Source: Macrostomum lignano | Lineage: Eukaryota | Assembly: GCA_002269645.1 (NCBI GenBank) | Contig: NIVC01003936.1 | Span: forward strand, 4,772-68,771 | Direction: 5' to 3' | Length of the DNA: 64,000 nucleotides | In this document: piece by piece, positions 10,781-23,220 of the stretch | Position numbering within the stretch: position 1 is the first letter of the stretch | How the letters are laid out: each line of letters begins with the position of its first letter | Notes under the pieces: model-generated | Told to the model about the DNA's origin: nothing | The model's input: the letters and a program-made list of their open reading frames with translations, nothing else | Databases searched by the model: none | Position numbers and translations under genes: made by a program

Positions 10781-13700
10781 CTAATCGGAAACATTCAGTA
10801 ATTTTAAAGAATAAGTTCATATCTCTGGTCATTTATGAAAGTGGGTTCGGGATACCTTGTTAGTGATTTTAGATTAAATCAAACGCAAACAAATTTTCTG
10901 ACTCTAAAGTATTCCTAAAGATCCTAAAGTATTTTTGAGCTAGATGGAATTGAAACACATGCTTTAAAAGGTCCATAAATATATTGAATATGTACATGTA
11001 TTCTTATTAATACTTATACTATATGCCATGCAGTAAATACCATATAATCTACTAAAATTACTTAGTGACATTCTTTTCGACTTTTGGCATTAAGAACTTT
11101 TTCAATAAAGTTTCTAACTATTGATAAGTTTTAATCATAAGCCTTGATACTTAGTGTTGTCATAATATGATCCTCATATTTTTGGTACCAGTTATTTGCA
11201 ATAAATATACTTATAATTTCAAATGAAAGTAATGATAGAATTACATTAAAAATAGTTTAAAATTCTTAATTCAATTTTTTTAGCTTCTTTTTAGAATAAA
11301 GTATACAGAGTTTTTATTGAGAAACAAAAAAGAATCGTACTGATGTTTGTTGCTATGAAAATTCTATTCACAATGACAGCGTGCTGTCAAAGCTAATTGA
11401 AAAACTCTTCATCGACATTTAAGTCTAACTTGTACCAGAGTCCTCAAATTATTTATTAGGCATAGGCAATAGGCAGTCTATAATATCAATATTTTATCAG
11501 AGTATATTGCAGGCCGACAGGGCGAATCCCGAAAATTATATGGCCAACGGGCTCAAATTATAGAGAAAAATTACGTATTGGCAGGGTTAAAATGTATGAT
11601 TCGATTTCTTTAGCCATTGCTGGGGGGACCACAGCCCCTTGCCCACCTCCTGGATCTTCGCAGAGTTGCGTGATAAATGTTATAGTCACACAACTATTGA
11701 AAATTGATAATTAAATCTAAAATAAAATATTTTAAACTCTGAACTCACAAAATCACTGAGCAAACGCTACGCATCCATAGCAACAGAAAAGCTAAAAAAG
11801 TTTTACCCTTTAACTATTAAAAGTAAACTATTTTATTAAAATTCGGGTAATAAAATACCAAAACACTTTTTATAACATTTGGAATTGCAATGTGTTTGTT
11901 AAACCAAAGTAAATGTTAAACTTCACGATTTACTCAGCTATTATGTCCGCTTAATTTAGTCTTATGAATTCGTGGTCACCATTCGTCCATAATAAACTTT
12001 TATTATGTCCATTTTATGCTCTGTGTTCATTCATTCAGTTTTTAAGAAATCTTGTTATTTCTTACACAATATTTTTAAGCTACAATTTTGTTACAATGTT
12101 TTAAGCTGTCACAACAGTAGGACTCGGGGGCTCATTGCTCTCATTGGACTCATTGATCTTATTAGGCTCATTGGGCTCAGCAGCTCGAGACAAATCCAAG
12201 GACTACATAAGCATACGCGCCATAAACGACACTTAATAAGTACATGTATAGTCCGTGGACCAATTGATTGTCACAATTACTTGCATGGCTTGCGGAATTC
12301 TATTGCCTCGATCAGAATTGCCTCAAATTTAATGCTAGCTTATTACTTTACTCTGGCCTCGTCTCACCGTACTCCATGGCTTTGCCTCTTTATGTTACCT
12401 ATTCTGGGGAACTTCTAAGCCACGTAGGTAGTTATGGTACTTTACAATGGCACATTTAGATGCACTATAGATTTGTTAGCGACAGTCATTATTACCGTAA
12501 AAATTGATGGGTTTCGACCTTTCAGGCCCCTTGTGAGGAAGCCTTCGGGCCTCAGGCCTCAGAAGTAAATCAATTAGAGTCCTGGCCCCCCACTCCTGTC
12601 AGATGGTCAGCCCCATGGTAGCTTGATCGTGTGGCGAGCAGTCTAGGTCCTATAGCTAAGAGAGGGACAGCGAGAGACAAGCAGGGAGAATTTTGAAGGT
12701 AGAAATTAGTTAACCCGCAGACTAAGCTAACTCGCTGCCACCAGCCCGTACGTCCTGGCTCACCACACCGGGACTCTCGAAATCGGGCTTCCGACTATAG
12801 AAGGGGCTTTGCACTTACCTGCCAACTAGTGTATTTTTGCTGTCAATCTCGAAGTCATAGCCGATGATAAGGGACACTGCTGGGACTAGATCGCATTGGC
12901 CATGCAGGTACAGAGGGGACTTGTGCAGGGGATTCTTGCAGTGGCGAGTCTATGGGGTAGCTACATGTACTATATTACATTGCTAAATACGAAGGTATGT
13001 ACTTTTGGCCTTCAACGCGCCAACTAGCCTCTCATAGCGCTGATGATAGACTAACTCGAACTTCAGAGACCGCATGATTCATTACCCGAGCCGCTTGGCG
13101 AACCTAGAGTGCACAAAGTACATCTCTGGCGCCGATTCTGCACTTCTGGCAGTTTTGCTCACTGATTTGATTGATTGATCGACTGAGAACTGCCTTGCCA
13201 TTGGTCCACTGTGACCGGTGCCTAATAGCTTAGCCACTCGTCTGAGCCATCGGCGAACAAAGAAATAAAACCGATAAAAATAACTGTCAGATTTAAAAAC
13301 TTTCTCCTTAAATCACTTCACACTTCAGATTGAATTGGAGTTTCAGACTACTAGCAGTATTATTAAGTGATTTCTGCCTCAATAACAGCACTACTGAACA
13401 AAATGAGCAAAAGTGTGCGCCTAATCCAGCTACTGAAATAGGGGACAGACAGGGAATCACCCAATCAAGCAAGTCTAGATAGCCTCTCACCCAACCAATC
13501 AGAAACTCAACAGCCGGAGACCAGGAAATCCACAGTGACCGAATCGGCTTGATGCTTCGCAGCTGTAGACTCGGGATGATGCTGACACAATCTTCGCTGA
13601 TAGCTAGCAGGTGATGATCTTAACTTTGATGTTCGCTGCTGGTGACCGGGGGACTCGTCCTTGATGATGATGGGGGGGGGAAGTCGCAATCCGGGGATCA

Positions 13701-13858
13701 AGAAACGACGGTCGCGCTCCGGGAACCAGAAGTTGCGTGCTGGGCCCAAGCAAGTTGGATTCTTTAAAAAATCTTAAGGAGCATAGACTCTGAGACGGTG
13801 TGTGGTCAAATACCAGTTTAGTTGAAAAATCGTTATTGATCTTTTGAGCTTGTAAGTG

Positions 13859-14033
13859 TACGCTAGCTTCTCTGCTAAGCTTTGCCATAGACGGAGGCCA
13901 TAGACAATCTTCTGCGTAAGAAAAATGACAGAGCATGCATAGACTCTGAGACTGATCTAACGTTAAAATTTTTAAAGCAAAAGATTGTCTATGGCAGCTG
14001 TGTATGGCAAAGCTTGGCAGAAAAGCTAGCGTA
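13859..14033. mobile_element. Degenerate palindromic/MITE-like element with CCATAGAC motifs
   Basis: Imperfect ~53-bp inverted arms TACGCTAGCTT...CCATAGACAATCTT / AAGATTGTCTATGG...AAGCTAGCGTA. Confidence 0.65.
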
Positions 14034-15837
14034 CGCTTCTGTGCTCAATAACTCGCCTCTGGAGCAATTTTTCGCAACCAAATATTTGTGGGAAAAACTT
14101 AGAAATGTTTACTGTGAACCTGTTAAATTACTGTGCTATAGGCCTAACTGCTCACTCACAGTGAGCGCATAAAGTGTTACCTTTTTTTTGGGACACCCGT
14201 TATAATTAGGCCCTTAGGCAAATAATCAGGCAAATTAGGCGGCTTCACTATTGAGTAAAATACAGTAAAAGATACAGTATCACAATTGGCTCAGCTCTCT
14301 AATCTCTAATCTGCTATAGTGACGGCTATTATTTCTTAAAGTGTTTGAATTGAAGTTCTACTTGTTTCTTTTGAACAAGACTTTGTTCAAAATAGGGGGT
14401 AAAATGGTGTAATTAAAGACGTTTCATACTTGCACGTCACCTCGTCTGCTGCTTCAGTTGGATCGAAAATTCCTGGGGGCGTTTCATACGTCCTTGTTAG
14501 AAGCTACAAGCATGAATAGTGACAAGTTAAAAGTGAACTTCGTTTCAAAACTTTACAAGCGCATACAAGTTACAAGTAACTTGCTACAAGTTCTTCTACA
14601 AACGCCTTGTTCCATCCATAGACGCTCTGTGTAGAATAGTGCAAATGCTTTTAGAATGGACAAGTTTGAATATAGTAACTTGCCCTCTTGTTAGGACTTG
14701 AGTGAATTCTTTTTTCTTTAGTATCCTTTTTCTCTTTTTATTTTTTTCTACTACAATCTTCTTCTCCAAGATGTATCCTCCACTTGCCCCGGGCGACCGT
14801 CTATGGTCTCAGTGTAAATTTCATTTATTTGCATCCGTGCAAATAAACGGTTTATTTCACTGTGCAACTGCTCTTTCGATGCAAAGGTTTTAACCATAGA
14901 CACTTGTACCTTAGTAGATCGGCACTTGTAGCCTGTAGCTATTCGCTCAAACTTACATATTAAGTGGTGAAATATACCAATACCATAGACCTTGTGAGGG
15001 CAGAAAGATGGAAATCCTCGGGCCGCTTCGCGACCCTCGGATTCTCCATAATATATGCGCAGCCCTCGTATTTGTGCCGTTTCGGCCCTAGGAAGCATAG
15101 ACATTTTTCTATTCTGTCATACTTCGCGGGCCGCATCACTTCATTTCGGCCCGCTCCTAGATGCAGGGCTAAGCAAAGTATGCAGTTTTCGATATACCAT
15201 CTTTACCATAGACTATAATCCCGGGCCGAATCGTTGTTTCTGCCCGCAGCGTGGCTGAGTGCAAAAACTGGGGTGGGGGGCTTCGCCCCCACATTTTAAC
15301 CATAGATAAAATCAACCAGAGTCTGACTACAGTTAAGTAGTGGATATCAGAATTCTTTTCATTCTGAATTTAACTTCTTTTTTGTCAACCTGCTGAGCTA
15401 GAGAAAAATGATCAATTTGTCAAGAATTGCGACTGGAGATACCTCCGGACTTGACACTCTATGGATGAAATCAAGGCTGTAACAGGTCATTAACTGCCCG
15501 CTAATTTGCATTAAAGTAAGTTTGACTCCTGCAAGCGGGCTTAAATGTAGTCTATGGCATTAAAAGGCAAGAATAAGTGCCCAGCGGGCACAAAGGTCAT
15601 GGTACAATTCTCCATAATCCGCTATTCCTACCCTAATTTGCAAGGGCGGGCAGAAACGCCATTTCCTGCCCGGTCTATGGTAAATCCATACTATTTGAGT
15701 GTGAATCTTTTCTAATTTTCATTTCCTGCCCGCTGCCGATGTCTGTGGTAAAATTCACGGGTTAATGCTTCGTATATGTCTCAAGTTTACTGTAATTTCA
15801 GTTTCCTTGCTAAATATCTTGAATTTTATTAAAATAG

Positions 15838-16165
15838 AAGTATACTATCTGTTCAAGTTTCTGTCCAAGATATTCAGGCTGTAACTGAACACAAGCGCGC
15901 CTAGTCTGTACGTTACACAAATAGGATCAGTTCCGAGAAGAAGCAGAAGCAATCCAATTGTCTCAGTGAGTGTCTTCACCCGGAAAATCGCATTGATAGT
16001 GTTCAGATCTGCGATGCTCCGGCCACGGTTCCGACTGTCAGTGTCAATCCGGCATCTCCCAGCGTGTCAGGAGGTGCGACGACGACGGGTGCTCTAACTG
16101 GCCAGCCTCAACAGTTGGTTGGGCCTTTTAATAACTGTACCTTCAATTTTATTATAAGTGAGTGA
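15838..16165 (+). pseudogene. Crypton-type tyrosine recombinase C-terminal relic
   Basis: Frame without ATG: ILSVQVSVQDIQAVTEHKRA*SVRYTNRISSEKKQKQSNCLS...GPFNNCTFNFIISE*. Resembles the TGH(K/R)..S..RY catalytic tail and FxNCxFNF terminus of animal Crypton/DUF3504 proteins; one in-frame TAG at 15902. Confidence 0.55.
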
Positions 16166-17278
16166 TTGACCAGACATTTGCAGGTGAGTCATTACTCACG
16201 CAAGACTAGTTTTTGTTAGCAATTTTTTTCACTATTTAAATGGAAATTTAAAAACACCATCCTAACGTACTGAATAGCTAATCTCGTAAGTTTTTCGCGC
16301 TAAATTCTCTAATTATTTGTTTACAATATTAAATTTGACAATATGAAAATACCATCCATCATAACGTAATAATGCATACTGTTGTAACTTTTCACTTGTA
16401 GTTTGTAGTCTACAAGCTTGTAGCTTATAATTTGTAACTCGGTATGAAACGTAATTAAACGGGAAGTTTTTATTACCATGTGATCTGAATGACTTAAATG
16501 CTGCAGTAACATATACCTTGTCAGTGAAGTTCGCACATACGAGCTAGATTGCTAAAATTTCAAGTAAAAAATGTCTTTCCTCAGATTCAACATTTAACTA
16601 ACGAAACATTGACTCTTTTCAAATGTTTTATCTACTTTTTATATTGGAATGTAACATGTACGTCATTTTAATTTTGGATGCAGCTTGCAATTTAGTGAGT
16701 AAGAAATGACGCATGGAGGCAGTGCATTTGTCAAGAAGACATCAAATACAGCAAATATGGAGGTGAAGAGCTGCTTGGTGCTCGGCAAGTTTGTCGTTTG
16801 CAGAGAGATGGGGCTTACGGGACTGCGATTTAGCCTAGCAACTCTGTGCTCTCCCAGCTTTGCTGAGTGGACGGAAGTTAAAGTTATTATGTGGCTTTCC
16901 AGCCTGGCAGAATGAGCATGCAGCTGATACTAGCAGTGCTGAGTCCAACTCAATCCTGATTCGCTGTCGGTGGTTGAGCGGCCAGTAACTTCCCCTGAAT
17001 AAACACTAATAGCAGGCTCCTGCCGTGTGCACCCAGTGAGTTTCTCCTGCAGTCGTTAAAAGTTCCTATTTTGCAAGAAATCGTAGAAGAGCTGAGAATT
17101 CCAGCAAGAAAAAAAATCTTGCTCTCTACGACTTGCCTGCGCAGTTGACAGCTGTCTCAGACCGAGCACGTGAAGACGTGAAGTCAATTATATACAGTAG
17201 CTCGTATTGGTTGCATTAAAGCAGCAACAGCCACACGATCGAGTAATAAAATTTCAGACAACTGTTCAGTTGATCGAA

Positions 17279-18181
17279 ATGCACCACAGAAATGCCTTGT
17301 TTGCAGCCGCAGTGCTCAGCACATGCATTTGCCTGCTCCTGACCATCGGGGGATGCGGCAACGGAGCCAAACTATTAAAGGGCGCGCAAAGTTCGACACA
17401 GATGAACCCCGCAGCCAACCAATCAAGAAGAGACGCAAGCTTGAAGGCGCAAGCACGCGCAATCAATATCATCAAAATCTTGCACCAGAGCTGGAAGACC
17501 CGCCAGCTGCCGCCCCGAGCTGTGCGATGGAGCGCCAGCTGGAAGTCCTGCTTTCCCGACTGGGAGTGGCGCCTGTGGACCGACCAGGACAACCTGGCTC
17601 TGGTGCGAGACCATTACGCCTGGTTTCTGCCGGTCTACAACGGCCAGAGGTACAACATCGAGAGGGCCGACCTGGCCAGGTATTTTTATTTGTACCATTT
17701 TGGCGGCATCTACACAGATCTGGACACGGTGTGCATGAAAAACTTCGAGCACCTGCTTCACTCGGAGACTCTCGTGTTCGGCGCCATGGACACTCACCCA
17801 GGTGACGCAGTGCTTCCTGGCCAGCTGGTGCAGAACTCCTTCATGGCCTCCCTGCGGCCGAGACACCCATTCTGGATGCGTCTTCTCAGAAGGATCGAGC
17901 GAAACTTCAAGGCTGGAAAGAGAGGTCGGCCGGAGGACAACACGGGGCCCACGGTGCTCATGGAGGAGCTGCGGCTCTACGTGCGCAGCAACGCCTCCGA
18001 CGTGAAGGTTTATCCCGGAAAGTACTTCAACCCATTCAGCTGGACGCTGAGGAACAGCAAAATCTGCAAGGACTTCGGCCAGATGTCCGACTCGGTTGAA
18101 AAGACCTGCATAAATTCCTTTCCCGAGGCATTCGTTGTACAGCTGCACACGCAGAGCTGGGGCCGGGGTCGCATGAGGTGA
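17279..18181 (+). CDS. Intronless glycosyltransferase family 32 (DXD; SUR1/OCH1-like mannosyltransferase type), type II membrane protein, ~300 aa
   Basis: Signal anchor ALFAAAVLSTCICLLLTIGG; IKILHQSWK; W...WRLWTD; RADLARY..LY.FGGIYTDLDT; HPFW; TGP motif. Confidence 0.9.
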   Translation: MHHRNALFAAAVLSTCICLLLTIGGCGNGAKLLKGAQSSTQMNPAANQSRRDASLKAQARAINIIKILHQSWKTRQLPPRAVRWSASWKSCFPDWEWRLWTDQDNLALVRDHYAWFLPVYNGQRYNIERADLARYFYLYHFGGIYTDLDTVCMKNFEHLLHSETLVFGAMDTHPGDAVLPGQLVQNSFMASLRPRHPFWMRLLRRIERNFKAGKRGRPEDNTGPTVLMEELRLYVRSNASDVKVYPGKYFNPFSWTLRNSKICKDFGQMSDSVEKTCINSFPEAFVVQLHTQSWGRGRMR

Positions 18182-18489
18182 AAGCACTTTTGTACTGACT
18201 TAATTTAGCATGGACTTACACGGATCCGAAGTAGTGAAGGCAAGTATAAATTCTACTACTGTCCCAAGAGTAGTCACTTATGAACCCATGGAGATCAGAG
18301 GCCAATAGCTCGCCAATCGGTAGCAACAGATCCAGCACAAAGCCGAATTTTTAGAAGCTGCGTCACTAGCAAAAATGAATCAAATGAACATGAGATGCTC
18401 GGATGTTGTGCCACAAAAATTGGACCCGTATGAGCTAGCCTCGTCTCATTTTATGTCTCCCAGAGCAAAAAAATGTTGCTTTCAGGAGG

Positions 18490-18974
18490 GGGGGTGTTTC
18501 ATAAATGACTTGTAGTAGCTACAAGTGGGATCAGTGACAAGTTACGAGTGAATTTCGTTTCATAAACTTTGACAAAGCTACAAGTTCCTACAAGCTACAA
18601 GTGAGTAGTTACAAGTTCGTGCTACAAGCGTTTTGTTTCATATAGCGTCTATGGCTACGAGTCCCACCACGTGTAAGTGGCTACAAGTTGAAGAGTCGTC
18701 TTCTTTTGCTCAAGCTTGTAAATTTGCTTTGAAAGCGTATAGAAAGACGTATTGACTATTTTTTGCTTCGAGATGCTTTCTCTGCCTCCTCAGGGACGTA
18801 GACACTTGTACCATAGACGATAAAGTGAATAGCTACAAGCTTGTTATACTTGTACATTTTTGGCTAAAATTTACAAGCAGACTTGTGAAACACTCTTGCT
18901 TGTAACTTGTACCTTGTAGCTATTCAGCTTGTAGATTGTAGCTTGTGACTTGTACATTATATGAAACGCACCCC
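18490..18974. mobile_element. ~485-bp non-autonomous TIR element rich in (GC/GT)TACAAG / CTTGTA subrepeats
   Basis: Termini GGGGTGTTTCATA ... TATGAAACGCACCCC; subrepeats face inward from both ends; related fragments near 14417-14630 and 16395-16450; possible AGG TSD. Confidence 0.7.
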
Positions 18975-19425
18975 AGGCGGTGCAGAAGAAGAAAAATATT
19001 GGGGACAAATAGCTAATATAGTATATTGCAAGCTAGTAGAGACTACGAGCAAGCAATTTAATCCAAGATAGCAAAAACACATGCATTTTGAGCCTCACTG
19101 CTAGTTGTCTATGGTAAAAAGTGTGTCAAACCGGCAGGCAATTCAATCCTTGGAGCACTCATTTAAGCACTGAAATCCACAAACAGCGCTGTCTATGCCG
19201 CTCCACTTTCAGTTTTTTTCAACATGTCAGACGAAAGTGACCAAGCCAGCACCATTTTTGAAGACATCGACGGAATCGCTGCCCAAGATGCCGGAGCGCC
19301 ACCTGTGCAATATACTAAGATTAGCGACGAAAAGCATAGATTGATAATCGACGCTATCGACAGAGGCGATAACAGCAGAAGCATTGTTTAGCAATTTGAC
19401 GATCATTATTCACATTTTTAATGCA

Positions 19426-20445
19426 ACAACAACAACAACAAAATACGCTGTCATGATGGTAAAAGTCAGCGTCACAGGGCGCGCTTCATGGCTTGGGCGC
19501 GAACAAAGGCCGCGCCACCGGCAGTGTCCGGGGCGCCGGCGTCAGCCAGCAGACAGTCGACATAACGCCGAGTTCGCGCTTGACCTCGCCGGTAGGGTGC
19601 CTGCAGCGTGAGCAGCAGCACCTCCTGCACCGGCTGTGGGCAGTACGACTCGGCGCGGATGAGATGGCCTGCGAGCTGGAGTCGCCGACGGCGCAGTAGA
19701 TCACTTGGACGTGGCAGGCCAGCGCGGCGATAGAGTGCCGAGTTGGTGACTCGCTCGACGCCGATGTTGAAGGCGGCGCGCAGCAGACCAGCGTGCGCCG
19801 CATCGACTTGCTGTTCGAGTGAGTCCGTCAGCGTCCAGGTCTCGGCGTTGTACAGCAGGACGGTCTCGATTACCGCCTGGAACAGCGCCGCCCTCTGGCG
19901 GTCCGGTAGGGCCTCGGACTGCAGGACTGCCCTCACAGAACGAAAGGCAGCCCAGGCAAGCCCGCGGCGGCGTCGCAGGTCCTCGCGAGCGTCTGGAACC
20001 AGACCGCCGAGGTAGACGAACTGCTGACATCGCGGGAGTTCGGTCGCCTGCCCGTCAGCGCCTCGGCAAAATATTGCAGCCTCGATGTCGTCCGGCACGC
20101 AGAGCACAACGGTCTTCTGCGTGTTGACCACCAGGCCGACACTCGCCGCAACGGCAACCAGCCTGTCCAGCTGCCGTTGGGCGCCCTCGACGGTCGAGGA
20201 CAGCAGGGCGAGGTCGTCGGCGTAGCCAAGCACGCTGAGCCGCTTCTCCGGTTGACGTCGACCCACGCGTCGCTGCAGCAGAAAACCGTCGTCGTCGGTA
20301 GGAAGAGCAGTCCGCAGCATCCAGTCAAGCACCAGGACGAACAGGAACGGCGCCAGCGTATCTCCCTGAAGCACACCGGAGGATGTCTCAAAGGAGTCCG
20401 ATAGGCCGTCCGGTGTTGTCACAGCAGCTGTCACAACAGCAGCTG
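19426..20445 (-). mobile_element. 5'-truncated RTE-clade non-LTR retrotransposon, copy 1
   Basis: RT motifs GVLQGDTLAPFLF, YADD, FVYLG, LLYNAETW; (TTG)n tail at 19426-19440; 9-bp TSD TTTAATGCA at 19417-19425 and 20446-20454. Confidence 0.95.
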
Positions 20446-20519
20446 TTTAATGCAGAACAATCCATTACTACAAACAATGCATTGTCTGTAGGATCGTCAA
20501 ACAGAAAAACAATGCAAAG

Positions 20520-20613
20520 AATCAGCGGTCGCAGTGCGTGACAACGATTGTCTATGGCTCGCGCCTACCGGCGCTCGCCAGACAATCGTTATCACGCACT
20601 GGGACCGCTGATT
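20520..20613. repeat. Short hairpin/mini-palindrome, 34-bp arms
   Basis: AATCAGCGGTCGCAGTGCGTGACAACGATTGTCT (20520-20553) pairs with 20580-20613 with 2 mismatches; GTCTATGG at the arm end. Confidence 0.85.
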
Positions 20614-21072
20614 ATTTATCCATTGCCGACTTAGCACGCAGGCAAGAATTCGCGCAGGCTGCATCGCTGGGGAGGTGATTATGTAACTTACTGAATTGTC
20701 TAAACGTACATGCAAAAACTTTTCTGTCGTGTGTTTCTTTATATGCAGGTTTCGTTAAGTGAACTTTTCTTGCTGAACCATGTTCTACGTGGTAACTTTC
20801 TGATATGGAGCTTCCTGGTTGGTTTGGTTGGAGGCATGCATGAAATAAATGGAAAGGCCGAGCAAGACAGTGCTTAAATGAGTGCTCCAAGGATTGAATT
20901 GCCTGCCGGTTTGACACACTTTTTACCATAGACAACTAGCAGTGAGGCTCAAAATGCATGTGTTTTTGCTATCTTGGATTAAATTGCTTGCTCGTAGTCT
21001 CTACTAGCTTGCAAACTGCTATATTATTGGATGGGGAAGCCGTTCTGGTACATTATTTAGTCATTTTAATTA

Positions 21073-22315
21073 TTCGGTTGTCAAGAAAGTTCTCGGCAAT
21101 TCTCGAAAATTCTACGGCGCGGTTTAATGGAAAGTTCTAGAAACCTGGCGCATGTGGGTATATATAGGGGGTGTGAGTGTGCATATTTTCCAGCTTTTCA
21201 CTCATCCAGCGACTATTAACATGGCAGCAAAGAGGTCACTGCAAAAATCTTCTATTCGCATTTGCTTACTGTATGACTTTAAATCCGCCCTGAGCGGCTC
21301 CGAATCCAGTCGCCGTATCAATGCTGCATTCGGCGAAGGTACCGTGTCTGTGTCAACAGCCAACGGCTGGTTTCGACGATTTCGCGCTGGCGACGAATCC
21401 ATCCAAGATCAGCCACGATCGGGTAGGCCTTCCGAAGTTGATGACGAAGAAATCGGCGCCATGGTGGAAGCTGACCCGCATCTGACAACACGTGAAATAG
21501 CGGCTACCCTTGGGGTGTCTCATACAACTATATTCAACAAACTGCGTGCCATTGGCAAGGTTTCAAAACTCGACAAGTGGCTGCCCCACCACCTCAGCAA
21601 CTTTGACCGTCAGCGGCGGGAGGAGGCGGCAACTTCATTGCTCTCGTTCCGGCGTACCACAGCTTGGCTGGAGTCGATTGTGACTGGAGATGAGAAATGG
21701 GTGCTCTACGTCAACGAGAAGCGCCGACAATCTTGGGTCTCTGAGAATCAACCACCGCAGCATCATCCGAAACCGGAGTTGCACCCGCGAAAGGTCATGC
21801 TGTCTGTATGGTGGGACATCAAAGGTATCCTGTACTATGAGCTGCTTCCTCGCAACACCACTGTCACAGCCGAGGTCTACTGCCAACAACTGCAGAAGGT
21901 GGCTGAGAAAATCGACGAACTGCGTCCAGGGCACGGCAAAGTTTGTTTACTTCACGACCACATACGGCTAAGATGACCCGCCAGAAATTGCTGCAACTGG
22001 GGTGCGAGATTCTCCCACACCCACCATATTCTCCCGACCTTGCACCATCCGATTACCACCTGTTTTCGGCCATGAGCAACAGCCTGCGCGGTCAGAGCTT
22101 TGTTGATGACAATGAAGTCAATCAATGGCTCAAAAACTTCTTCTAATCGAAGCCAGCTAGTTTCTACAGTGATGGTATCAAAAGTCTGCCAGAAAAATGG
22201 CAGAAGGTCATTGACTCAGATGGGGACTATTTTGATATTTGATGCGATTCAGCATTTAAAAAACTCGGGCTGATGGAACATTCTAGAATTGCCAGGAACT
22301 TTCTTGACAACCGAA
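21073..22315 (+). mobile_element. Full-length mariner (DD34D) transposon with disrupted transposase
   Basis: ~31-bp TIRs TTCGGTTGTCAAGAAAGTTC..., TA flanks (21071-72, 22316-17). Transposase 21221-22242 with TGDEKW, SVWW, HPPYSPDLAPSDYHLF; frameshift near 21960 (HDNARPH damaged) and TAA at ~22144. Confidence 0.95.
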
Positions 22316-22697
22316 TAACTGCCTCGCCGCTGCTGCCCTTATGTACAAATGCAGCAGATTGGAGTAGGATTCTGCGCTCCTACTTCCTTGGCCTCCTGCT
22401 CCGTAATGCATTGAAAAATTTTGTGCCGTTTGATATTTAGACAAATACACATTTAATATTCTTGTTGTGGCTTTGTTCTTAAAAACACGTATAGTGCACA
22501 CAATGAAAATGTACTTTTGACAGATTCCTTTGCAGCAATCTTTTATTTCTGATCCTGTCGGGCTTTTTAGTGCGGTATTCAATAAGATGCTCAACCGATA
22601 TACTTACGATATGCTTCGTAGTAATATCTTTGATCAAAATCTAGGACGACTTGGGTTGTCCAAAAATCAAAGGGCCCGTCAACTATAGCTCATGGCG

Positions 22698-22966
22698 CCC
22701 GAGTAACCCATGTACACAACTGATACGTCATTCTGCTCACATTGACATCAGGAAGCTGGGTTTAACAAAAAACGAAAGTTGGACTCCTAACTAGTTTAGG
22801 GATAATTATGTCAACTTAAGCGCATTAAGTAGAGTCCCTAATTATCATCCTGCTTATTGTTCTCCCCTATCCTAAGTCTGATTTTTGTTGCTTTTTTGCC
22901 AAGCCCAGCTTCCTGGAGTCACTGTGAGCAGAATGACGTATCATTTGTGTACATGGGTTACTCGGG
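22698..22966. mobile_element. ~270-bp MITE with ~75-bp TIRs (CCC...GGG, piggyBac-like end)
   Basis: CCCGAGTAACCCATGTACACAA...CAGGAAGCTGGG is inverted at the right end; TTAA follows the right end but not the left. Confidence 0.75.
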
Positions 22967-23032
22967 TTAATTTTAAGGTGGGGCAATAAGTCACAAAGTT
23001 TTATTAGTACATGTAATTGGGTTGAAGACAAA

Positions 23033-23220
23033 ATGGCAGGCGCATATCCATATTTGGTCTGTCTGCAGCCAGTTCGCGATGAAAAAGAGGCAATGGAGTG
23101 TTCTCAGTGCCTGAATTGGCAGCACCGTGCATGCTACGTCGTATACGAGTAGTCGCATCCCAATCAATCAGTATGCTGCAATGAGAAATGTCGGTGTGAG
23201 TTTTCTGGCTTTGCAAGCAA
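23033..23220 (+). pseudogene. Degenerate PHD-finger relic, probably TE-derived
   Basis: MAGAYPYLVCLQPVRDEKEAMECSQCLNWQHRAC, then frameshifted IPINQY...FWLCKQ; first Cys mutated and a stop follows. Confidence 0.55.

Larger units (their letters stand above)
19026..21014. mobile_element. Non-autonomous DNA transposon with 147-bp TIRs, interrupted by an RTE LINE
   Basis: 19026-19172 and 20868-21014 are reverse complements. Internal remnant MSDESD...YTKISDEKHRLIIDAIDRGDNSRSIV* (from ~19224) is HTH-like. Confidence 0.85.

Noticed and set aside
12500-12545. Hammerhead/Penelope-like motif on the minus strand (CTCACAA-stem-GAAAC)
   Set aside because: The core has two mismatches to CUGANGA, stem I cannot be formed, and there is no convincing GIY-YIG/RT nearby; at best a dead relic.
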